Shown: positions 1 to 8,928, counted from the first letter of the stretch. The stretch is DNA of 22,868 nt from a virus (IMGVR_UViG_3300007177_000114), one strand, 5' to 3'. The notes: generated by a model not told the origin, from the letters alone. Translations and numbers: made by a program.

Positions 1-42
1 ATTCACTTAGGTATAAATGCAATAAAAGTTATACAATAAGGG

Positions 43-70
43 TTGACATTTTTTCCATCATTGGTATAAT
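43..70 (+). promoter_or_regulatory. sigma70-type early promoter for primase
   Basis: TTGACA (43-48), 16-nt spacer ending TGG (extended -10), TATAAT (65-70). Confidence 0.8.
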
Positions 71-103
71 GGTTAGTGACACAATAATGATGGATTATAA
101 ATT

Positions 104-1135
104 ATGTTATGGCTTGAACAAAAATATATTGGTCTCCTGTCAAATAGACTAAGGAACTTTAAAAGGAAATCATCTGGTTTATATAATTTTTCCTGTCCTC
201 TTTGTAATGATTCAGAGACAGATAGGAGAAAAGCCAGAGGTTATATATATGAAAAGCAAGGCAAAACTTTATTCCATTGCCATAATTGTGGCCTTACCAA
301 TGGATTTGAAAAGTTTTTGCAAAAACTTGATGAGTCGCTTTTCAATGAATATTCACTAGAAAAATTAAAGGATTCAAAATCTCCGCAACAGATTGAACTT
401 GAAGAATTTGTTGCAAAGATGAAGAAGCCAAACTTTATGAAAACAGAACCTTTAAAGGGCCTGCGTAAAGTTAGTCAGCTTGATCCAGATGATCCGGTCA
501 AACTTCTAGTGACAAAACGTAAACTTCCAAATCCCTATCATGCAAAAACGTTTAAGGTACCTAAGTTCTTTTCTTGGGTCAATACCTTTATTCCAGAGAA
601 GTTTGACGATGAAGCTCTTCTCTATGATGAACCACGTCTTCTCATTCCTTTCTTAAATAAGAAAGGTGAAATGCATGCTTTCCAGGGTAGGTCTTTAGAT
701 TCTAAGTCTAGTACAAAGTATATTACAATTGTTCTAGATGAAAGTCAACCTAAAGTTTATGGACTAGACACAGTTGATATTTCAAAAAAGACCTATGTTT
801 TTGAAGGACCAATTGATTCTATGTTTATTCCAAATTCAATTGCAACTGCGGGTGGTGATCTAGTTTCTGGTTTAAATACATTTGATAAGAAGAATTTGGT
901 TATTATCTATGATAATGAACCTAGAAATCGAGATACAGTAAAAAAGATTGACAAGGCTATTTTAAATGGTTATAATGTTTGTATATGGCCATCTAATTTA
1001 GATCCAAAAGATGTAAATGATATGGTTTTGTCTGGTCTAAGTTCCGATTTTATTCGATATATCATTGATACACACACATTTCGTGATCTCAGAGCAAAAA
1101 TGGAATTAAATAATTGGAAAAAAGTCGCCGTTTAA
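104..1135 (+). CDS. gp61: T4-like DNA primase (gp61)
   Basis: N-terminal Zn finger CPLCND...CHNC; TOPRIM motifs FEGPIDSMF, YDNEPRN, KDVNDM; 343 aa matches gp61 size. Confidence 0.93.
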   Translation: MLWLEQKYIGLLSNRLRNFKRKSSGLYNFSCPLCNDSETDRRKARGYIYEKQGKTLFHCHNCGLTNGFEKFLQKLDESLFNEYSLEKLKDSKSPQQIELEEFVAKMKKPNFMKTEPLKGLRKVSQLDPDDPVKLLVTKRKLPNPYHAKTFKVPKFFSWVNTFIPEKFDDEALLYDEPRLLIPFLNKKGEMHAFQGRSLDSKSSTKYITIVLDESQPKVYGLDTVDISKKTYVFEGPIDSMFIPNSIATAGGDLVSGLNTFDKKNLVIIYDNEPRNRDTVKKIDKAILNGYNVCIWPSNLDPKDVNDMVLSGLSSDFIRYIIDTHTFRDLRAKMELNNWKKVAV

Positions 1136-1326
1136 ATTGTGATGCCTGTTCTAACACAGGTGTGGTAAGTTATGATGAAAATCATTCTACATGGTGTAAA
1201 AAATGTTGTCGCCATGAAGATGGATATTGGAAAGTCACAACAGAACATTTTGGAGAACATGTAATGGGTGAATGGCTTTGCAAAAAATGTGGGTGGATTA
1301 GAAAAGGTGTAAATTATGGGGATTGA
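1114..1326 (+). CDS. small Cys-rich hypothetical protein (possible Zn-binding)
   Basis: 70 aa with CDAC, CKKCC and CKKC; overlaps the primase end. Confidence 0.55.
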   Translation: MEKSRRLNCDACSNTGVVSYDENHSTWCKKCCRHEDGYWKVTTEHFGEHVMGEWLCKKCGWIRKGVNYGD

Positions 1327-1407
1327 TACTTACTTTTCTATTTACTCTAGATTCAAAAATCCCTTAAATTAATAAGTCTCATTCACTTTTCATAAGGATA
1401 CTAAATC

Positions 1408-1836
1408 ATGAACTCCCTTAGTCTATTGATCTACTTTGCCGGTGTTGTTGGTAATATTATTAGTGTACTGTCTTTAGTGACAGTATTACTAGTCCTTGCC
1501 ACAATTGGTAGTCTTATTTTTTGGGCAATCTATCATGACGAAACTGATTCAAGTTATAGGCGTATAGAAGGTGATGCACTAATTGAACTCAGGAAAACAC
1601 GTGAGAATTGGCGTAAAAGGGCTCTAAAATTTGCTGTAATTGCATTTTTAGCTGGTTCTATTAATAGTTTTATTCCAAATCGTAGTACAGTACTGCTTAT
1701 TGCTGCATCTGAAATGGGTGAAAAAGTACTGAATCATCCCAAGGTTGAACAAGTTGTTGACCCAAGCATTGATCTTATTACAACTTGGATGAAAAATGAA
1801 ACAGCTGTAATTAAAAAGAAAATGGAGAGTAAATAA
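1408..1836 (+). CDS. hypothetical membrane protein
   Basis: AAGGA SD; two hydrophobic segments (residues ~5-41 and ~72-88). Confidence 0.7.
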   Translation: MNSLSLLIYFAGVVGNIISVLSLVTVLLVLATIGSLIFWAIYHDETDSSYRRIEGDALIELRKTRENWRKRALKFAVIAFLAGSINSFIPNRSTVLLIAASEMGEKVLNHPKVEQVVDPSIDLITTWMKNETAVIKKKMESK

Positions 1837-2168
1837 TGGCCATTGATATTGTCGACATCAAGGATAATGAAGATGGATCGGCAACTCTATCGGTTGATAT
1901 GGATGAAGTCACACTCAAGAGACTAGCATCCATTGGACTTTTAAAAGTTATCACAGATGCTGCCAAAAATATTGTTGATGAATATCAAGAAGCAACTACA
2001 CCAACAGTTGAATCATTGATCGATGATACTATCAAGTGTCTAGAACGTCGACCTCATACCGGTACGGATCATGCTACTTTAATTGATGCTTTAGGTGAAA
2101 CTATTCAAGATGCTATTAATATCTTGATGGTGGCTAAAGGTTTCTTTGATGTTAAAGAAAGTCGATAA
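1836..2168 (+). CDS. hypothetical protein
   Basis: 110-aa ORF coupled to the upstream gene by TAATG overlap. Confidence 0.7.
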   Translation: MAIDIVDIKDNEDGSATLSVDMDEVTLKRLASIGLLKVITDAAKNIVDEYQEATTPTVESLIDDTIKCLERRPHTGTDHATLIDALGETIQDAINILMVAKGFFDVKESR

Positions 2169-2266
2169 GTATACAGGAGTGTCGTGTCATACTTGATAGA
2201 GCTCTAAATTTAAATTCCATTATAGGACCAAATTTACAAGCAGTATTTGATAAAAAACCAAATCCT

Positions 2267-2731
2267 ATGAGTATTCAAGAATGGGCTAAAGTTTGTTATC
2301 AAATTGTGATTAATTTGCTTTTGCCACGTCTTGATGAAATAAACTATGATCTTGAAGATAAAAATAAATTTAGACCATTAGAAGCACTCCAGGTACTGAA
2401 TACACTCTATTCAAATAGATTGATTACAAAAGATCAATTCTTTAAATTATTCGATATTATTTGGTATGATTTTGAACTATGGGATGCGCCGTTTCTTGTT
2501 TATTGTATTAAACACAAGGAAATAATTGAACAGATCTTAGATAATAATGATGATAAGTATAATGTGATCATTCAAAAAGTTTTCAGTGAAAATAAAAAGA
2601 TAGTTGATGATATCATCACATCAAAAAACTATAAAATGGTCAACTTCCTAGTCGGTAAATGCATGAAAGAGGATAAAAGTTTAAGTGCGCCGATTGTAAA
2701 AGAAAAAATTGAAGGTATTTTAAATGCTTAA
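2267..2731 (+). CDS. GatB/YqeY C-terminal-domain-like protein
   Basis: C-terminus IIQKVFSENKKIVDDI...MVNFLVGKCMK resembles the GatB tail motif (vl.enp..v..y....gflvGqvMK); no GatB catalytic domain. Confidence 0.55.
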   Translation: MSIQEWAKVCYQIVINLLLPRLDEINYDLEDKNKFRPLEALQVLNTLYSNRLITKDQFFKLFDIIWYDFELWDAPFLVYCIKHKEIIEQILDNNDDKYNVIIQKVFSENKKIVDDIITSKNYKMVNFLVGKCMKEDKSLSAPIVKEKIEGILNA

Positions 2732-3374
2732 TTCAGCTAAAATTGTTGCTATTACTAATCCACTCGTCGATGGTGTAAAATCCGCCGACGAGTTTATTGC
2801 CTTTGCGGCTAGAGTTTCTAATCCATCCAATCAAATGAATTCAGAAACTGCAGAGAAACTTTTACGCTACTGTATTCGTAATCAGCATTGGTCTATCTTT
2901 GAGATGGTAAATATTGTTATGGAAATCAGTACCACCAGGGATATTGCCCGACAGATTCTTCGTCATCGTTCATTTTCCTTTCAAGAATTTTCACAGCGAT
3001 ATGCTGATCCTACTCAAGATCTAGGATTTGTTACTCGTGAAGCACGACTTCAGGATATGAAAAATCGTCAAAATAGTGTAATGACATATGATAGTGCTTT
3101 ACTAACAGAATGGGAAAATAGACAAAATTTTCTTATTGATATTGTAAAAAGCCAGTATCAATGGGCTATTCAAAACGGTATCGCTAAAGAACAAGCACGT
3201 GCAGTCCTTCCTGAAGGCTTAACTATTTCACGTATGTATATGAATGGAACTCTTCGCAGCTGGATTCATTATTGTGAATTGCGTATGTCTAATGGGACAC
3301 AAAAAGAACACAGAGAAATTGCAATTTCCGCATGGGAAGAATTGGCCAAGTATTTTAAATTTTTAGTCAGTTGA
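2724..3374 (+). CDS. thyX: flavin-dependent thymidylate synthase ThyX
   Basis: ThyX signature RHRSFSFQEFSQRY; HWSIFE; AKEQARAVLP; TQKEHR. Confidence 0.96.
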   Translation: MLNSAKIVAITNPLVDGVKSADEFIAFAARVSNPSNQMNSETAEKLLRYCIRNQHWSIFEMVNIVMEISTTRDIARQILRHRSFSFQEFSQRYADPTQDLGFVTREARLQDMKNRQNSVMTYDSALLTEWENRQNFLIDIVKSQYQWAIQNGIAKEQARAVLPEGLTISRMYMNGTLRSWIHYCELRMSNGTQKEHREIAISAWEELAKYFKFLVS

Positions 3375-3387
3375 TAAAGAGGCATTA

Positions 3388-5010
3388 ATGAAAATTAACG
3401 TAATTAAAAGAGATGGTTCAATTGAACCACTTAATCTAGAAAAATTCCATAGAGTTGTCCGTTGGGCATGTGAAGGTCTTTCTGGAGTATCTGAATCAGA
3501 AGTTGAAATTAAGTCTCAGATTCAGTTTTATGACAAGATCAAAACTTCTGATATCCAGGAAACTTTAATTAAAGCGGCATCAGAACTTATTGATGTGGAT
3601 GCTCCAAATTATCAGTATGTTGCTTCTAGACTTATCAACTATCATCTTCGCAAGCAAGTCTATAATGGACCAAATCCTCATAATCTATTTCAGCATGTAG
3701 TAAATGTTGTTTCAGATGGATATTATGATCAACAAATTCTTTCTCAATATGATGATGAAGAGTTTGCTTATCTTAATAAGCAATTAGATCATGATAGAGA
3801 TTTTACTGTTCCATATGTGGGTATGGAACAATTTCGTGGTAAATATTTAATTAGAAATCGTGCTACAAATAAATATTATGAGACACCTCAGATGGCATTT
3901 ATGCTTATCTCCATGGTTCTTTTTAAAAATTATCCAAAAAGTGAACGTTTAAAATGGGTGAAGGACTTTTATGATGCGGTATCTACATTCGAAATCTCTC
4001 TGCCGACTCCTATCATGGCTGGTCTACGCAGTCCACAGAAGCAATTTAGCTCTTGTGTCCTGGTTGACTCCGATGATTCGCTAGATTCTATTAATGCCAC
4101 AACTTCTGCTATTGTAAAGTATGTCTCACAAAAAGCAGGAATTGGTATTAATGCTGGAAGAATTCGTGCTATTGGTTCACCTATTAGAAATGGTGATGCC
4201 ACTCACACTGGTGTCATTCCTTTCTATAAAATGTTTCAAGCAGCGGTTCGTTCCTGCTCTCAAGGTGGTGTTCGTAACGGCGCCGCAACACTATATTACC
4301 CAATTTGGCACTATGAAGTTGAAGATCTTCTAGTTCTAAAAAACAATAAAGGTGTTGATGAAAACCGAATTCGTCATGTTGATTATGGCGTTCAATTCAA
4401 TAAGCTTATGTATGAACGTCTATTGTCTGGTGGTAATATTACACTATTTTCACCACATGATGTGCCAGGTCTATATAAGGCATTTTTCATCAATTATGAT
4501 GAATTTAAGCGTCTATATGAAGAAGCTGAATCAAATCCAAATATTCGTAAGAAGACTATTTCAGCGCTTACTTTATTTACATCTTTTCTACAAGAAAGAA
4601 AAGATACCGGTAGAATCTATTTGATGAATGTGGATCATGCAAATGATCACGGTGCTTTTATTAAAGAAGAGGCTACAATTTATCAAAGCAATCTGTGTCT
4701 AGCTGGCGATACTTGGCTTACGGTTCAACTTGACAATGGTGATTTAAAAGATATTCAACTACAAGATTTAGTTGAATCTAATAATAATAACTATAAGATT
4801 TTATCACGTAATATTAAAACTGGCGTCGATCAATTTAAGCCTGTTACTGCTAGAGCAAAAACGGGTACAAATAGACATGTCATGAAGATTACAAATGAAA
4901 ATGGTGATAGTATTATTTGCACACCCGAACATAAAATCTATACTAAAAATAGAGGTTACGTTGAAGCAAAAAATCTTCTTCCAACTGATATTTTACAGTC
5001 ACTAAGTTAA
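3388..5010 (+). CDS. nrdA: class Ia ribonucleotide reductase alpha, N-terminal part (aa 1-436) fused to split-intein N-fragment (aa 437-540)
   Basis: ATP-cone (VIKRDG), PTPIMAG, QFSSCVL, QGGVRNG; NrdA stops at YQSNL, followed by intein block A CLAGDT and block B CTPEHKIYT, then a stop. Confidence 0.95.
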   Translation: MKINVIKRDGSIEPLNLEKFHRVVRWACEGLSGVSESEVEIKSQIQFYDKIKTSDIQETLIKAASELIDVDAPNYQYVASRLINYHLRKQVYNGPNPHNLFQHVVNVVSDGYYDQQILSQYDDEEFAYLNKQLDHDRDFTVPYVGMEQFRGKYLIRNRATNKYYETPQMAFMLISMVLFKNYPKSERLKWVKDFYDAVSTFEISLPTPIMAGLRSPQKQFSSCVLVDSDDSLDSINATTSAIVKYVSQKAGIGINAGRIRAIGSPIRNGDATHTGVIPFYKMFQAAVRSCSQGGVRNGAATLYYPIWHYEVEDLLVLKNNKGVDENRIRHVDYGVQFNKLMYERLLSGGNITLFSPHDVPGLYKAFFINYDEFKRLYEEAESNPNIRKKTISALTLFTSFLQERKDTGRIYLMNVDHANDHGAFIKEEATIYQSNLCLAGDTWLTVQLDNGDLKDIQLQDLVESNNNNYKILSRNIKTGVDQFKPVTARAKTGTNRHVMKITNENGDSIICTPEHKIYTKNRGYVEAKNLLPTDILQSLS

Positions 5011-5017
5011 TCTCAAG

Positions 5018-5067
5018 TATAAATACTCCTTGAAATAAACCTACCTATACATTTCAAGGAGTATTTA
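5018..5067 (+). promoter_or_regulatory. T4-type late promoter TATAAATA plus RBS-sequestering hairpin upstream of the endonuclease
   Basis: TATAAATA 5018-5025; perfect 17-bp inverted repeat 5020-5036 / 5051-5067 covering SD AAGGAG (5056-5061); ATG at 5070. Confidence 0.88.
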
Positions 5068-5069
5068 AC

Positions 5070-5789
5070 ATGGCTATAGTCTATAAAATTACAAATAAAG
5101 TAAATGGTAAAATCTATTTTGGGTTAACTACAAGAACTCTTAAACAACGATTTGATAGTCATTTATCAGCTGTCAGACAAGGTAGTAAGTTTAGATTCCA
5201 TAATGCTATAAGAAAATATGGAGTTGATTCTTGGGATCTTGAAGTTGTTGCAGAAAGTGATGATATGGATTTTATTCGTAAAAGGGAAGAAGAATTGATA
5301 TCGGAATATAATACAACAAATAACATGTTTGGCTATAATGCAAAGCCAGGCGGTTGTGGTGGATGGATTGTAAAACCTGAAAATTATGATAAATGGAAAG
5401 AAAATAATAAAGCATCTGTAACGGGTGAAAAAAACGGTAGATTTAACGGCGTAACAAATGCTGAATTATACCAATTAGTAAAAGAGGAATCAATCAAACT
5501 TGGATATATACCATCTTCAAGATATATGATCAAAAATTATTATCCTAAGTTTCCTAAATCATTTAATGATTATAGATTTAATGGTTCCTATAAAAATCTT
5601 GTGGATATCTTACAAAAAGAAATAGATTTGAAGTTTAATCCATATAAAAGAACAGATGAACACATTGAAAAATTAAGTAAAGCAAATTCTGGTAAGAAAT
5701 GGTTTAATAACGACAAAAAAAATTTACAATGCTTTCCAGATCAAGTTCCTGATGGTTTTAAACCTGGTAGATTAAAAAGTAAAGGATAA
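5070..5789 (+). CDS. GIY-YIG homing endonuclease (Seg-like)
   Basis: IVYKITNKVNGKIYFGLT (GIY-YIG variant), conserved R (KQRF), E (EEELI), N (GYN); C-terminal NUMOD-like RTDEHIEKLSKAN and WFNND...GFKPGR. Confidence 0.88.
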   Translation: MAIVYKITNKVNGKIYFGLTTRTLKQRFDSHLSAVRQGSKFRFHNAIRKYGVDSWDLEVVAESDDMDFIRKREEELISEYNTTNNMFGYNAKPGGCGGWIVKPENYDKWKENNKASVTGEKNGRFNGVTNAELYQLVKEESIKLGYIPSSRYMIKNYYPKFPKSFNDYRFNGSYKNLVDILQKEIDLKFNPYKRTDEHIEKLSKANSGKKWFNNDKKNLQCFPDQVPDGFKPGRLKSKG

Positions 5790-5794
5790 TATAA

Positions 5795-6892
5795 ATGTTA
5801 ACAATCGAGTATCTCGATGAAACTATTGATGTATATGACATTACAGTGGAAGATAACCATAATTTCTATGCTAATGGTATTTTGGTTCACAATTGTTCGG
5901 AAATTGATCTTCCAACAAAACCACTAGAACATATTTTTGACCCAGAAGGTGAAATTAGTCTATGTACTCTTGCAGCTATAAATTGGGGAAAAATTCGTGG
6001 AACTTCTGATTTTGAGCGCCCTGCTAGACTTATCGTTCGTGCTCTTGATGAATTACTTGACTATCAGGATTATCCAGTCTTGGCAGCAAAAAACTCTACA
6101 ATGGCAAGACGTCCTCTTGGTGTCGGTATCATTAACTTTGCTTATTGGCTCGCTAAAAATGATCTTACTTATTCTGATATTGGGGTAGAAGGTCTAAAGA
6201 AAGTTCATGAATATGCTGAGGCTTGGTCATATTATCTGATTAAAGCTTCTGCTGATCTTGCCGTAGAAAAAGGTGCGTGTCCGAAATCCCATGAAACTAA
6301 GTATTCACTGGGTATGGTACCTATTGATACTTACAAGAAAAATGTTGACAATCTTGTGGATCCGGTTTATAAATTTGATTGGAACTCTCTGCGAATCCAG
6401 CTATCAGAGTATGGAATTAGAAATTCTACACTGATGGCACTAATGCCGGCAGAAACATCAGCTCAAATCTCCAATTCCACAAATGGGATTGAACCACCTA
6501 GAGCTCTTGTTTCGGTAAAGTCATCTAAGGATGGTATCTTCAAGCAAGTAGTACCTGAAGTTCGTAAACTAAAAAATAAGTATGATCTTCTTTGGGATCA
6601 AAAATCTCCTGAAGGTTATCTACAAATCTGTGCTGTATTACAGAAGTTTATCGACCAAGGTATTTCAGTCAATACTAGTTATAATCCAGAAAATTATCCT
6701 CTTGAAGAAGGTGAAACTGTTCATAAAATTCCTATGTCAGTTCTTCTCAAAGATATCATTCAGTTCTATCAGATGGGTGGTAAGCAATTGTACTACTTTA
6801 ATACATATGATGGTGCTGGTGAACAAGATGTTGTTCCGGAACTAGAACAAAGTATTATTGAAGATCAAGATTGTGATAGTTGCAAAATATGA
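5795..6892 (+). CDS. nrdA: split-intein C-fragment (33 aa) fused to NrdA C-terminal part (332 aa)
   Basis: HN|CSEIDLP, ISLCTLAAINWG, RRPLGVG, LMPAETSAQ, DQGISVN, KQLYY, C-terminal CDSC redox pair; predicted spliced length 768 aa. Confidence 0.95.
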   Translation: MLTIEYLDETIDVYDITVEDNHNFYANGILVHNCSEIDLPTKPLEHIFDPEGEISLCTLAAINWGKIRGTSDFERPARLIVRALDELLDYQDYPVLAAKNSTMARRPLGVGIINFAYWLAKNDLTYSDIGVEGLKKVHEYAEAWSYYLIKASADLAVEKGACPKSHETKYSLGMVPIDTYKKNVDNLVDPVYKFDWNSLRIQLSEYGIRNSTLMALMPAETSAQISNSTNGIEPPRALVSVKSSKDGIFKQVVPEVRKLKNKYDLLWDQKSPEGYLQICAVLQKFIDQGISVNTSYNPENYPLEEGETVHKIPMSVLLKDIIQFYQMGGKQLYYFNTYDGAGEQDVVPELEQSIIEDQDCDSCKI

Positions 6893-7080
6893 TTTTACAA
6901 TTAAATCCGCCCTTACCCTTGATTACACCCAAGGGTAAGGCTTTAGCCCACATAATGATAGATTATGGTATTGAGCATGATTTACTTTGGGTTTGTTTTC
7001 AAGAAGATAGTTCCGAATGTTGGACTTGGCCCAATAAAGATATAAAGATTCAAAAAAACATAACTATAGGTAGAAATTAA
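6889..7080 (+). CDS. small conserved phage hypothetical protein
   Basis: ATGA overlap with the nrdA-C stop favours M4 (MILQLNPPLP) as start; fills the nrdA-nrdB gap. Confidence 0.65.
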   Translation: MILQLNPPLPLITPKGKALAHIMIDYGIEHDLLWVCFQEDSSECWTWPNKDIKIQKNITIGRN

Positions 7081-8181
7081 ATGTCTTATCGAGTATTTGA
7101 TTCTAATAATAAAAAGAGTCATCTAAAGTCAAGATTATTTTTCGACAACGCACCTACTATTGCTAGATTTGACAAGCAAAAGTATCCATTTCTAGAAAAA
7201 CTCACACGTCAACAGATGGGCTTCTTCTGGGTTCCGGAAGAAGTTGATCTATTAAAAGACTCTAAAGACTTTAGAGAACTAACTAAGCATGAACAACACA
7301 TTTTTACAAGTAATCTAAAGCGTCAAATTCTACTAGATTCGGTACAGGGTCGTGCACCAACTGTTGCGTTTGGACCAATTTGTTCTCTACCCGAACTAGA
7401 AAACTGGATTGTGGCATGGACATTTAGTGAATCTGTTCATTCTCGTTCATATACACATATTATTCGGAATGTATATTCAGATCCATCTAAAATACTTGAT
7501 GAAATTCTTGATCTACAAGAAATTGTAGATTGTGCTAATGATATCAGTAAGAATTATGATGCCCTTATTGAACTTAATACTACATTGAGCGCTATGTCAT
7601 CAATCGATGTAGATGCATACGAGCACAAAAGGGCGCTTTGGCTTACTCTTATGTCAGTCAATATTCTTGAGGGCATCCGCTTTTATGTAAGTTTTGCTTG
7701 CTCTTGGGCATTTGCAGAACTCAAAAAGATGGAGGGTAACGCCAAGATCATCAAGTTAATTTGTCGTGATGAAAACCTACATCTTGCCGGCACTCAACAG
7801 CTTCTGAAGATTCTTCCTTTAGATGATCCGGATTTTAAACAAATTCAAGAAGATACAAAAGCCGAATGCATTGCAATGTTTGCTGAAGCTGCAGAACAAG
7901 AAAAAGCATGGGCTGATTATCTTTTTAAAGATGGATCAATGATCGGTCTCAATAAACAACTTCTAAATGATTATGTGGAATGGATTACAAATAGACGATG
8001 CACTGCCGTTGGATTGCCTAGTCTATATAAGACTGGATCCAACCCACTTCCATGGACTCAAAAATGGATTTCAGGTTCTGAAGTGCAAGTTGCTCCACAA
8101 GAAACACAAATTACTTCATATGTAATTGGTGGTGTTAAAAATGACGTTTCAACAGAATCATTAAAAGATTTTAAATTATAG
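7081..8181 (+). CDS. nrdB: class Ia ribonucleotide reductase beta subunit
   Basis: FFWVPEEVDL, LDSVQ, ESVHSRSY (radical Tyr), LEGIRFY, RDENLH, APQETQITSY. Confidence 0.96.
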   Translation: MSYRVFDSNNKKSHLKSRLFFDNAPTIARFDKQKYPFLEKLTRQQMGFFWVPEEVDLLKDSKDFRELTKHEQHIFTSNLKRQILLDSVQGRAPTVAFGPICSLPELENWIVAWTFSESVHSRSYTHIIRNVYSDPSKILDEILDLQEIVDCANDISKNYDALIELNTTLSAMSSIDVDAYEHKRALWLTLMSVNILEGIRFYVSFACSWAFAELKKMEGNAKIIKLICRDENLHLAGTQQLLKILPLDDPDFKQIQEDTKAECIAMFAEAAEQEKAWADYLFKDGSMIGLNKQLLNDYVEWITNRRCTAVGLPSLYKTGSNPLPWTQKWISGSEVQVAPQETQITSYVIGGVKNDVSTESLKDFKL

Positions 8182-8190
8182 GAGATTTAT

Positions 8191-8451
8191 ATGGGTTGGG
8201 CTAAAGGAAGTGCTTTATTTGCAGAAGTCGCAGAAACAATCGAGAGACATGTACATGATGAACAAATTAAGATAAACATTTATTATGAAATGATATCTTC
8301 TTTTGAAGATTATGATGCAGTTACATTAGAAGAACTGCTTGGTATTAGTGATGCACTTGATGCCGTTCTCAAAGAAGTATATGATATTGAATATGATAAA
8401 GATGAAGATGAAGAATTTTGGGATGACGGCGGAAGAGAAAACTTCGGCTAA
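8191..8451 (+). CDS. acidic hypothetical protein
   Basis: AGGAG SD; 86 aa, D/E-rich C-terminus. Confidence 0.7.
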   Translation: MGWAKGSALFAEVAETIERHVHDEQIKINIYYEMISSFEDYDAVTLEELLGISDALDAVLKEVYDIEYDKDEDEEFWDDGGRENFG

Positions 8452-8457
8452 GTAATA

Positions 8458-8489
8458 TATAAGTATGGGGGAAAGGAGATTCCCCCATG
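8458..8489 (+). promoter_or_regulatory. late-promoter-like TATAAGTA plus hairpin over the start codon of the second GIY-YIG gene
   Basis: TATAAGTA 8458-8465 (1 mismatch to TATAAATA); 9-bp stem 8465-8473 / 8480-8488 with SD AGGAGA as loop and ATG (8487) in the stem. Confidence 0.65.
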
Positions 8490-8903
8490 ACTGATTGGCT
8501 TTATTATGATAAACCTATAGATTTAGAAACTCTAGATCAATATATAGGTTTTGTATATCAAATTACAAATCTCTTAAACGATAAGAAATATATCGGAAAG
8601 AAACTGTTAAAATTTAAAAAGACCAAACAACTCAAAGGTAAAAAGAAAAAGATACTGGTAGAGTCAGATTGGCAAGTGTATTATGGATCCAATGAAGCAT
8701 TAAAAAATGATGTGGTAAAATATGGATCAGATAATTTCAAACGTGAAATACTTAGATTCTGTAGAAATAAAGCAGAATTAACTTATTTTGAATTAAAAGA
8801 ACAGATTGTAAGAGGTGTCTTAGAATCTGATAAGTATTATAATTCTTGGATTTACGTGAGAGTTAGAAAAGAACATCTAAAAAAGATTGACTTTTCTGCG
8901 TAA
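8487..8903 (+). CDS. short GIY-YIG-family nuclease of T4-like phages
   Basis: GFVYQITNLLNDKKYIGKK; ESDWQVYYGS; FKREIL; conserved E and YN. Confidence 0.75.
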   Translation: MTDWLYYDKPIDLETLDQYIGFVYQITNLLNDKKYIGKKLLKFKKTKQLKGKKKKILVESDWQVYYGSNEALKNDVVKYGSDNFKREILRFCRNKAELTYFELKEQIVRGVLESDKYYNSWIYVRVRKEHLKKIDFSA

Positions 8904-8915
8904 ATAATATAGTAT
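8887..8915 (+). promoter_or_regulatory. sigma70-type promoter
   Basis: TTGACT (8887-8892), 17 nt, TAGTAT (8910-8915). Confidence 0.6.
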
Positions 8916-8928
8916 AGGAGAGTCTATT

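Larger units (their letters stand above)
4696..5893 (+). mobile_element. fractured-gene element: IntN (4696-5007) / free-standing GIY-YIG endonuclease / IntC (5795-5893)
   Basis: 104-aa IntN starting Cys; 33-aa IntC with VYDITV..NHNFYANGILVHN ending His-Asn followed by Cys+1; removal restores NLCSEI. Confidence 0.93.

Noticed and set aside
2156-2266. Open frame upstream of the GatB-like ORF (SIQECRV... echoing SIQEWAK) suggesting a frameshifted longer gene
   Set aside because: No in-frame start codon and no clear slippery site; 37 open codons can occur by chance.
3969-6845. Alternative-frame ORFs inside nrdA (3969-4202, 4121-4333, 4352-4624, 5997-6188, 6582-6845)
   Set aside because: Fully nested in a conserved gene, with no SD or domain signal.
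8487-8903. Calling this gene T4 denA (endonuclease II)
   Set aside because: Only the GIY-YIG core is shared; the rest does not resemble EndoII as I recall it, so no symbol was assigned.
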